DNA from: Eledone cirrhosa | Taxonomy: Eukaryota | Reading direction: 5' to 3' | Length of the DNA: 64,000 bases | Assembly: GCA_964016885.1 (NCBI GenBank) | Contig: OZ024740.1 | Span: 76,012,001-76,076,000, forward strand | Part shown: in pieces, positions 38,449-49,234 of the stretch | Numbering within the stretch: position 1 is the first letter of the stretch | Layout of the letters: each line of letters begins with the position of its first letter | Translations under genes and position numbers: made by a program | The notes under the pieces: model-generated | The model's input: only the letters and a program-made list of their open reading frames with translations | Told to the model about the DNA's origin: nothing | The model's database searches: none

Positions 38449-39300
38449 ATGGATTACACAGATGCTCGCGGTGTTCAAGGTATATATTTTATAAACAAAG
38501 ACCCTGAGTTACCATCTCAAGATGTCGAAATGGTGGATGTTGATAAAAGTGAATCTGAAAAGTATAAAATGGATCCTGACAGAAAAAATCTGGCTTTATT
38601 AATCAATAATGAAAGTTTCGATAGTTCAGTTGGCATGTCTAAGCGACAGGGAACCGATGACGATGCAAACGCAATTAAAACCACATTGAGTACGTTGCAT
38701 TTTGATGTAATTAACCGTAAGAATGTATCAATAAAAAACATGAAAAAACTCTTTTCGGAAGTAGCCTTGAAGGATTACGACAATTATAACTGCTTCGTTT
38801 GTGTTATATTGACCCACGGTGAAGACGATAACTATATATATGCAACGGACGGAAAGATAAAACTTGATGACCTAGTTGAATTGTTCCTTCCTAATAAGTG
38901 TCCAAGTTTAACAGGTAAACCCAAACTATTCTTCGTACAAGCCTGCCGCGGAACGAAATTAGACAGTGGTGAACTGTTACACGATGCTGAGGATATGCGT
39001 GAACATAAAAAAATTACATCTCAGAAAGTACCTCTTTGGGCTGACGTACTTCTGGCCTACTCTACTGTCCCTGGATTTTACTCTTGGAGAAATTCTACTA
39101 ATGGATCTTGGTTCATACAAGCGTTAGCCTCCGTTTTAAAAGAAAACGGAACCCGACGTGAACTGCAACAACTAATGATTGCAGTAAATCGTAAGGTTGC
39201 CTATGAATACGAGTCGAATACCTCCCACAAGTATATGAATAAAATGAAACAGATCCCTTGCATAGCGAGTATGTTGACAAAAGAATTATACTTTTACTAG
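38449..39300 (+). CDS. Effector caspase (caspase-3/7-like), 283 aa, intronless, right copy
   Basis: Same motifs as the left copy. It differs only at codons 71 (D vs E) and 100 (K vs T). Confidence 0.96.
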   Translation: MDYTDARGVQGIYFINKDPELPSQDVEMVDVDKSESEKYKMDPDRKNLALLINNESFDSSVGMSKRQGTDDDANAIKTTLSTLHFDVINRKNVSIKNMKKLFSEVALKDYDNYNCFVCVILTHGEDDNYIYATDGKIKLDDLVELFLPNKCPSLTGKPKLFFVQACRGTKLDSGELLHDAEDMREHKKITSQKVPLWADVLLAYSTVPGFYSWRNSTNGSWFIQALASVLKENGTRRELQQLMIAVNRKVAYEYESNTSHKYMNKMKQIPCIASMLTKELYFY

Positions 39301-39412
39301 TAAAATCTCTCTCTCTCTATATATATATATCAATAAGCGTGAACCTAATACTTTTCGTAACTTGTACTCCTCTGTTGTTTTTTAATTTCCCTTATATATA
39401 TATATTATATAT

Positions 39413-39499
39413 ATATATTAGCAAAAGGAAAAGAAAATGTTGACAAATTTTTCACTGGGAAAAATTTGTCAGCATTTTCTTTTCCTTTTACTAATATAT
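39413..39499 (+). other. 41-bp stem / 5-nt loop hairpin in presumptive caspase 3' UTR (right copy)
   Basis: 39413-39453 pairs with 39459-39499, with one C:A mismatch (39422/39490) and one U:G pair (39440/39472). Confidence 0.9.
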
Positions 39500-39691
39500 C
39501 ACAACTCGTGTGTTACACCTCTATTCTTTTAAATATATATATATATAGTCTGATATTGTGTTGTTTATTATGTAATTAAATAGCTCTGTACAATACATAG
39601 ACCACTCTTTTTTTCCTTTACTTTTTCTACGGAAATACTCAACACATAAACATATACGGTGGGGGGGGGGGGGGTTAATAAATAAACATTT

Positions 39692-39768
39692 TAAAAGCCC
39701 AGCTACGAATATTGAAAGGCTGACGACCAACCTTGTCCAGCGGATACCAGCAAAGAGCTGGGCTTTTA
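39692..39768. repeat. 77-bp element with 13-bp inverted termini (tiny MITE-like); mirror at ~17833-17909
   Basis: taaaagcccagct ... agctgggctttta. Confidence 0.55.
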
Positions 39769-41278
39769 TGAACTTTTTACTACGTCCTCAATTCTGCTGA
39801 TAATAATTGCGATTTCTTTTCATTAAAATGACAATTGATTATTAATTTCCTAAATTTTTGCTACTGACAACATAATAAATAACCTGAATACTATTTTACA
39901 TTCATAGTTTTATTTCATCATAACTGTTTATATATTATTGGCTCTATTTCATTACAGCCGAGTTAAATAAATGTAACTCTTTGCACTCTTTTTATCTCAT
40001 TCTCTGTTGTAGAGACTTGATTCTGCATGTCTTTCTCGCTATCCATTTGTTGTCTTTTTTTATTTTTGTAAATTATATTCATAATATTCATTGTGTATAT
40101 TATATTCATAATATAATATACGCAATTAAATATATTCATAATATTCATTGTGTATCAAGATGTTTTAATAAAATGTAATGAAAGGTTGATAATACAAGAT
40201 ATTTTTTTTAATAGTCTGTTTTATTCACAGTTGTATAAAAATATATAATATATAATAATATAATGCTTACAGAACGAAAACACAAAAAATATAATATACA
40301 AAGGAAAGGGAAAGACAAAAAAAAAAGAGGAAAAAAACACATAAGCAGGTAATACACACATCTAGGACCACATACAACAAAGAACAGGCGAAAGGAATGG
40401 ACAAACGAACGGCTACCAGAGCATAAGATAACAATATCGCGAGAAGCACTGGGAAGCCTCTCTAATAATTTTGGGGACATGTTTTGTCTCTTTCCTTCTT
40501 TTCCTTTCCCTTTTGTATATATTATATTTGTTTGTTTTCGTTCTGTAAGCGTTATATTATTATATATTTTTGGCAGTATCGGTAAGTAGAAACAATTATA
40601 TTTTTATACAACTGTGAATAAAGCAGACTATTTAAAAAAAAAAAAAGAATCATTTTACTTCGTATAACAGATGTACTAATATACGAATATGCTACGTAGC
40701 CAGTAAACCCGAAAGGGACGTAACACACATCGCTATAGCATTTCACCAACCCCTTCTGTTGTCTATCTGTTTATGTATTTACGTGTAGTGTGTGTATGTA
40801 ACTAAAGCGTAACGTACGTTACGAATGGACGACTAATGGTGGAAAAGATTTCAAATTGTTTTGACTCGTGGTGTCTGACACTCTTACCGGCTATAAAGCC
40901 TCTTCCAAGTATATATACTCTTCTAATGTATATGGGCAGTTCCCATTAGTACTATCTTTTGTATTTATTCTATACGCAGGTTTCCTGAGATTTGGGATAA
41001 GTAATCATTAGACCCTTTATCATTCCTAGAGCGCCTACAACCACTGGTATTGTTTTAGCTCTCAACTTCCACATTTTTCCAATCTCTATTTCCAGGACTT
41101 TTTTGCTCAATTTTTCAAATGTTTTTATAGATACATTCTTGTCTGTAGGAACGGTCATGTCAACAAGCAATTGCTTTTTCTGTTTTTCATTTCAGCAGTA
41201 AAGGGGACTCCTGAAATATGTAGTTCATTACTATCTATGTGCATCTGATGAACGTGGATTTGGCACATTCATCTAGTC

Positions 41279-44200
41279 CACAGGTTCTCAGCCCATTTGG
41301 GCCAAATGCCCCCTTTTGTCCCTCGAAATCACGAAACGCCTTACCCTTTTTTTTTTTTTCATTTTTCAATATACTACTGATTTTGATATCAGTAAATTAT
41401 TAAAAGATTGATTAACAATATTCCAAAGATACCATTGCAGGCAGCTGAGAGTATAAATACATTCCTTGAAAGGAAATATATAAATTTAAAAAAAAAGGAA
41501 CATAAATGTTCTTTTTTATGAATAAGGACCAGTTGAATTTCTTATATTTCCACCAGGCGATACCAGCTATTTTGAACATTTATACATGAGCAACTCTGTC
41601 TATTCCAAGAGTGCTCTTATCTGGAAGAAAGTGGCAATTATATCATTTCAAAGCTTTCCAATTTTCCCTTTAATGAAACGGACAGAATAAATGTTGATAT
41701 CTAACTTGATGTCCCCTCTGCTTTGTGAGCTTAGAGACCATGGAAGAGGGTTTTCATGACCATATAAGAGGGTATATTTATTAGTAAATGGTAAAATATA
41801 TACAACAAATGAGTAAGTGAATTGTAGTAGATGGTTTCCAGTCCAGTCAGACTGCAACTACAAATAAAAAAGTTGTTAGTTTGCTTTGTAACAATAGCAT
41901 ATCCAAGTTTTCGGATTACTTTAACTTTGACCTCATTTCAATAGAACCCTTGAGCTTCATGGAGTCTAGTTAACTCTTTGACGTGAGACTGATTTTCGTA
42001 AGATGTAGCCTGAGATCTCCACATGCAATTACATTGTAGCGGTTGCGAGCCTTACTGTGCAGCCTCGAAACAGCACCAAACCTCCTCTCGACTAAGTACC
42101 AGGTTGGAATAGGCAGAGCAAATCTCTTAGCCTCTGCATGTAGGAGTGGAAATCGACGCTGAATTTCCTCTTGCATCCAAAAAAGGGGTTCACCTATTTT
42201 GGGAAATCTAATTTTGATCATGTCATCTGCTTGAAGTTCAATGAATACTTCCTGAAATTTAATGTCCAAATCGTCGATATTAGCTATGAAGGGTTCTGCT
42301 ATCCACATTGGGATGTCCATCGGCAAAAGGTCGACAAACCGTTCTCTCATATTGTCTTGTAGAACACGGAGGTGAGTGATATAAATTTGGAGTTGGTCAT
42401 CGCTCACAATGTTTTAAACATTGGTGACATTAGGAAAATTATAGAATTCCCATCTACAAAGATTCCTTTCGATGATATTCAATTTGGCCAGGAATGTTTT
42501 CACAGCATTCCTTGCTTTAAGCAAGGTGATCTTTCCCTGCAAAGCCATAATGACGCCATTGCATTTGTCAAGGATGGCGGTCTTGCCTCACATCGAGGGT
42601 TTTCTTGTACAGTTCTGTGTTGCGTCCTCGCAGAAACTCAATGATAGAGTTGAACAGTTCAAAGAAGTGAGTAAGGCACTTGCCCTTTGAAAGCCACCTC
42701 CTGTCAGTATGAAGGAGCAACTTGACGAATTCTTCGTCATTATCTTGGCACAGTTGCCGGAAATTCGTTCATTGAGGGAAAGCCGTTTGATAAAATAGAT
42801 GACATCAATGGCCACCTGCAATGACTTGCTCAGTGGCTTGCTGAGTTTCTTTGCAGCCAAGTGTTGTCGATGAATGACACAATGAACAGCAAATACAGAT
42901 AGATTTTCTCTCTTCATAAGAGTGACAAAACCTTATGTTGGCCGACAATTGCTCTTGCGTCATCCGTAGCACATGATACAATGTATGTTGTATGTGGTCC
43001 TAGATGTATGTAATACCTGCCTGTGTGTTCTATGTAGTCCTAGATGTATGTATTACCTGCTTGTGTGTTGTATGTGGTCTTAGATGTGTGTATTACCTCG
43101 TGTTGTATGTGGTCCTAGGTGTGTGTGCTAGCCGCTTCTCTGTTTTTTCTTTTCTTTTTTTATTTGTAATATTTATACAATCTTCTACCTTCTTCTATAT
43201 ATATAAAAGCGAGAGTGTGTGTGTGTATGTGTACAACTTTGGATACCTAAGGCTTTTACAATTACCAACCGAATTTGATCAAATTTTCTGTGCGCGTTGC
43301 ACAGGTCGCTAAGATGGTCACATCACAAAACATTTTCAAATCGACCCACGTTGAGCAATAAAAAATCGATATCAAAATTATCGGTAGCAAAATTGATGTA
43401 AGGGAGATAACCAACTTTATTGACAATCCTTATAAAAAAGGGAGATAACCAACTTTATTGACAAATATAAACATCAGATTCATTTGAAGATAAATCACTA
43501 ATATTATCGTTTGTTTCTTTATTCTTTGTTGCACTTTCAAAGTTAAAAAAACACTTGTTGTTTTAAGTTGTTTCACTATATTAAGTGTTAATTTTCACGT
43601 TAAGGGCCTAATCTCGCAGCAGTCTCGAATTGACGAGATTTTGATGATGGTTTGTTTATTTTTAGAACAATCGTTATGGGGCTTTCCATTCAAACCATTG
43701 GGACCTACAACTTTTACATTTTTAAAACTTTCATAAGCCATGTTGACACTCAGACTGGTCATGACGGATACCCACTATATCGCCAGAGAAGACCCGAAGA
43801 TGGTGGATTCACAGCGAGGGTTGGGAAACATGAGGTTGACAACAGATGGGTTGTTGCATATAATCCACTCCTTATAAAGAGTTTTGATGCGCCATGTATA
43901 GGGGAGCAGTCAGCAAAGTTAGGATTAGCAATGAGTATAGCGAGGAATTTAGCGTACAGGTTGGTGTCCACCAAGGCTCTGTTCTTAGCCCTCTCCTGTT
44001 TATCATAGTCCTGCAGGCAATAACAGAGGAGTTTAAGACCGGATGCCCATGGGAACTCCTGTATGCTGATGACCTCGCACTTATATCTGAATCTATGGTA
44101 GAACTAGAGAAGAAATTCCAAACTTGGAAGCAGGGACTAGAAAGAAAGGGTCTCAAAGTCAACATGACAAAGACTAAGGTCCTTGTAAGTAGACGAGAAA

Positions 44201-45867
44201 ACAGAACCCAGATCCCCTCAGGGAAATGGCCTTGCTCAGTATGTAGGAAAGGTGTAGGTAGGAACTCCATTCTCTGCCCCAAATGCAAACAATGGGTACA
44301 CGAGATGTAGCGGGATCTCAGGAAGCTTAATTAAGAATGTAGACTTCACATGTAGCAGCTGTGCTGGGACAGCAAGCAGCAAACAGCCACAGGAAACAAG
44401 TACCACCAATCTCTGGGAGGGCTCTGTAGAAACAGTAGACAGCTTCTGCTACCTAGGTGACCGAATTAGCAGCGGAGGTGGGTGTTCAGAAAGTACAATA
44501 ACTAGGGTAAGAACGGGATGGAAGAAGTTCAGGGAACTACTGCCACTGCTAGCTGCAAAAGGCTTCTCCCTCAAAATGAAAGGCAGACTGTATGATGCGT
44601 GTATCCGAACAGCAATGTTACATGGTAGTGAGACCTGGGCGCTGAAGGTGGAAGACTTACGTAGATTAGAAAGAAACGAAGCCTGCATGCTCCGATGATT
44701 GTGTAATAGTAATATACGCGAACGACAAAACATAAATGAATTGAGAGAGAGACTGAGCATAAGAGAAATCAAATGCTATGTGCAGGAGAGGCGGTTGCGT
44801 TGGTATGGACATGTGATGCGTATGAAGGATGACAGCTGCATAAAAATGTGCAGAGCACTAGAAGTCAATGGAAACCGCGGAGTGGGGAGACCCAAGAAGA
44901 CCTGGGATGAGGTGATAAAAGCCGACCTTACCCAATTACACCTCTGAAAGGCGACCGTGGACTCTGGCGTCACGCAGTAATATAGAATACCCGACCTCCT
45001 ATGGGTACAAGCTGAAGCATATAGACAATATTCCCCACACCCTCCCACTGCAAGGTGGTCGTGGAGGTGCCACAGCAAAAAAGCACCCAGCCCACACTGT
45101 AAATGAGGTTGGTGTTAGGAAGGGCATCCAGCTGTAGAAATCAAGCCAAAATCAGTTCCTGTATGAGCAAGGCATGGTCAGCCGACCAGACACTGCCCAC
45201 AACAGGACAACCTGTCTAACCCATGCTAGCATGGAAGAACGGACGTAAAACGGTGATGATGATGACATCAACGTAGAATACTGTAATTCGATTAAATCTA
45301 TAAAATACTTCGTTTGCATTAATTATTGAAGACTTCTGCATATTTTGACAGGTTGGGGAGAAATAATGTTCTTCTTTTACTTCCTAGCTGTATATTCTTA
45401 GCATAATTTCAAACCCTGGGCAACGCCGGGTAAATCTGCTAGTAGGGAATAAAGTAGATCTACATAGTGTTAACTCATTTCGGTTGAGTTAATAATTTAT
45501 AAGATTCTAACTGGCTGTGCTCAAAGTGTCCTTGACCCAGTTGACTGGGTTTTTCCATTTTTAGGATCTCAATTGCCGGTTAATGTCTAAACACACCTGC
45601 ACACCTGCTCACAGCTGCAGTCAGACCATAAGTTATGCTGTCTGCATGCTCATTCAAATGCATTCACACTGGCTGTCTCAGAGACATACAAATATGGCTT
45701 ATAAAACTTACCAAAGTAAAGAGCCTACCAGTGCGCCCCAAAGCCCCCCCCCCCAACGAACCTTTGCCCCCAAAAGCCCCCCCCCCAACGAACCTTTGCC
45801 CCCAAAAGCCCGCCTGGAGTTCCGAAACGCCCCCAGGGTTTCATATGCCCCCCGTTGAGAACCTTTG
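41279..45867 (-). mobile_element. hAT transposon with nested HINE-like/RTE/Helitron pieces (right-arm mirror of 11763-16323)
   Basis: TSD ATCTAGTC on both sides; mirrored ORFs. Confidence 0.9.
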
Positions 45868-46058
45868 ATCTAGTCCAAACTCTATTTTAATATCATCACT
45901 GAACTGCTTCATAGCCCTTGCAATTGCTCATCATTTTTTGCAAATATTTTCGGGTCATCCTATAGCTCCAACTGAACACCTTAACAGGCACGACAGAGCG
46001 GTGTATAAGGTGGAAGCAGAAATTCTGTTTAAACTTTAATCTGTACTAATAAATATAT

Positions 46059-46181
46059 TTCTTCTTCTTCTTCTTCTTCTTCTTCTTCTTCTTCTTCTTC
46101 TTCTTCTTCTTCTTCTTCTTCTTCTTCTTCTTCTTCTTCTTCTTCTTCTTCTTCTTCTTCTTCTTCTTCTTCTTCTTCTTC
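46059..46181. repeat. (TTC)41 microsatellite, the tail of the RTE-clade fragment at 46059-46700
   Basis: Directly visible; the left arm has only 8 units. Confidence 0.95.
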
Positions 46182-47037
46182 ATCAGAGGCAACCATCTCC
46201 AACTGATCCAGCTGGATCCCCAAGTGAGACCAGCCAAGCTCATGGATGTTATTGAACCATCTTGCTCAACAGACATTCTAACCACATGCCCATAGAATTG
46301 GAGCTGTGATCTCTCAATTCAGAGAAGTAGCGGCTCTACCTGGAGTGACTATGATCTCTGAGCTATGCACTTTATCAAGTAATGTTACTCCAAAGACCCT
46401 TCATTTTGGCCGCTTGTATTCACGATCATATTCTTTTGGACATTATCCAAGATATATATATGACCATAGGTAAGGGTTGGCATGAATACCAAATTAAAGA
46501 TAGCAAGTTTGGCTTTTACACCTACCTCCCTTCTTTTGATTACTGAATGTTGAAACTGGTGCATTATTGTACCAGCATTTGCAATTCCTGCACTTAATTC
46601 AGCCTCCTGCCTTCCATCACTCATGACCATGGCCCTGAGATACTTCAATTTCTCTACCTGCTTCAGTGGTACTCCATTCACATGAAAAGTGCACTGTTTC
46701 CATTAAGGAAAAAATTAAGAAAAAATATAAATTAGGAGTAAATATAGAAATAAATATATTGTCAAGCGTTTCACAACATCAGCTTTTGGAAGAAGAAGCT
46801 TAGAATAAACATGGTTAAAAGAAGTGGGAATGTTCTTCAAAGAGTAATCCAGCTCATATAGATCCATTCTAAGGTGCTAGTTGTGTCAGACACAAAGATA
46901 TAAAGAGCGCTCACTGGGTATATATATCAAAGTTAGAACTATATTAGCAATTCTCAAAGGAGAGTAGAGAATTAAACTTATAGAGTGTAATTACCAGCTT
47001 TTAAGAGAAAGGAATAGCTCAATGCATTTTTATAATA

Positions 47038-47815
47038 CAGTAATCCCCCACTATATCGTGGTTCACTTTTCACGATCCCGCTACATCGCAGATTTTTCGT
47101 TAGAACATATCTATTTTCTTATCGCGATACGTCTGAATAAAAAGTGTTTAAATTTTAAACTTATTAAATAAGTTTCGATTGAAGTGTATATCATAAGGAA
47201 GGGGCATCTTTAAGGCTTTAACAATAAAAAATGTTTTTATTTTTCGTTTCATTACTGTTTTACTAAAAACCCTTCATAGGTTAGCGGGAGATGTGCAGTG
47301 TATTATTACCAAGTGGCTACCATGGCTGGCAATGGTCCTCATTGGTAATCAGTGGTAGTTTCTATAAAATAGTTACCGGCTGTTTTTGGTGTTTAAATAC
47401 AAGTGTTTTCTAATGAGTTTATATGTACTTAAAGTATGAAGGAGAGGTATTTTAAACCTTTAGAATTTAAACCGGCAATCTTTCTCTTTGAACCGGCCGT
47501 AACCAGCTGCTTATACTGATGTTAAGGTATTGTTCTCAAAATAAATAATATCAAAACCTCATAGATTCTATATTATGTGAGATAATTACGTGAGGTAAAG
47601 GCTTTCCCACAAACATACAATAGTATATATAGAGTAATGTAAATGCTAAAGGGATACGGAAGTGTGTTTTAATGAGTTTATATGTACTTGAAGCATGTAG
47701 GAGAGGTATTTTAAGGCTTAAACTATGAAAACAACAGTTGTATTTAGGGTCTCTCTATATCGCGGATTTTCATTTATCGTGGTTGGTTCTGGTACGTATA
47801 AACAGGGGATTACTG
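47038..47815. mobile_element. pogo/Tigger-like element (mirror of 9914-10691)
   Basis: Same TIRs and TA flanks. Confidence 0.85.
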
Positions 47816-49048
47816 TATATAAACATTTGAAGAAGAGATATTAGCGTGGAAGAGTGGTTATACATATAAATGCAAAGCAAATATAGACTAAGGTATGAAT
47901 GGGAAATTAATCTTCTTTCGTCAAAGAACCGTATTTATTCCCTTAGAATCATTTCGAATGAGATATGACCTCGAATTATTCAAAGTGTTACAAAATTCGT
48001 TTTATGTAGTCAATCTATAGATGTAGCTCTATTTCAATAAGATCACAGCTCATTCTCATCTGTGAGAAAACGATAGTCATTGGTGAAAAAATTAGATTAC
48101 CAGAATATGTTATTTAATTATGCATCTTAAATACCAAGTCTATATAGACCAAATACATTTTGTCGGGTTTCGTATTTCGCACGAATGTTGTATGTTGACA
48201 TCTTGGTTTAAGAAGGAGACAAACAAAAATTCATCATGGAAAATTAACCTTAGAAATTATTTTATAGGATTAAACAAATTAGTTTTGGATAAGTTCATAT
48301 TTGACTCCCTAAATCACAATTGATTAATGGGGACACTATGTGATACAGCCAGAAATGGACATAATTATGTTTGTATATTAATATTCCCCTAAAATTCTTT
48401 TGTTTATTACATAACTATTTCTAAGTATGCATATCCAGGAAATTTACGACCTTATGGTTAGACTCAATCGTTATTGCATAGGTTCTTTAAGAATTATGGA
48501 ATCACCATAACTATTGAGGTTGTGAATTTCCTGGAAGCAACTTTCGAACTAAATAATGGACTTTTACCGTCCCTACCATAAGCCAAATAAATTCCTATCT
48601 TATGAAAATAGATTATAAAAACATTCACCATCGATTATTAGCTTAACTAGCAGAAATACCACCCTTCGGGTGGTTTTCTTCTAGCATGTGTAGTGTGTAT
48701 ATTGATATTATACGCAAGTATATATACATGTAGATATGATACATCAAATAAAATCATAATTGACAGCATAGACAGAAATTGAACGAAGACTGCGTTACGC
48801 TGTCTTATGTAATCGGTAACGTAATCCATGATACATTAAAAAAGACGATATTATATATAAACTGCATTAGGAGAAAATTAGTGATGGAAATATATGAATG
48901 TTTATTTAAGCGATCGCTAACCGGAAGTGTTGACATTTTTAAAGAAGTGAATCTTAAAATAAGCAACAATATTATTTATATTTAATGAAGAATAACAAAA
49001 TTTAGTAGATAAATTATGTAATATTCATTTATTATTTATTCAAAGTAA

Positions 49049-49234
49049 GGGCGGTGGATTGGCAGTAACGGTAGAGGGTCGGACGCCATGCTTTGCAGCA
49101 CAGTTACGTCCCTTTACGGACTGAGTTCAAATCCCGCCGAGGTTAACTTTGCCTTTCATCCTTACGGGGTCGATAAAATAAAGTACCAGTAATACACTGG
49201 CATAATTGCTGGCCTTGTGTCAAAAGTAGAAACA
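49049..49234 (+). mobile_element. tRNA-derived SINE present only in the right arm
   Basis: 18-bp TSD ATTATTTATTCAAAGTAA at 49031-49048 and 49235-49252. The left arm has the empty site at 8681-8698. Confidence 0.95.

Noticed and set aside
46029-46285. Poly-Glu and poly-Lys ORFs
   Set aside because: They are translations of the (GAA)n LINE tail.
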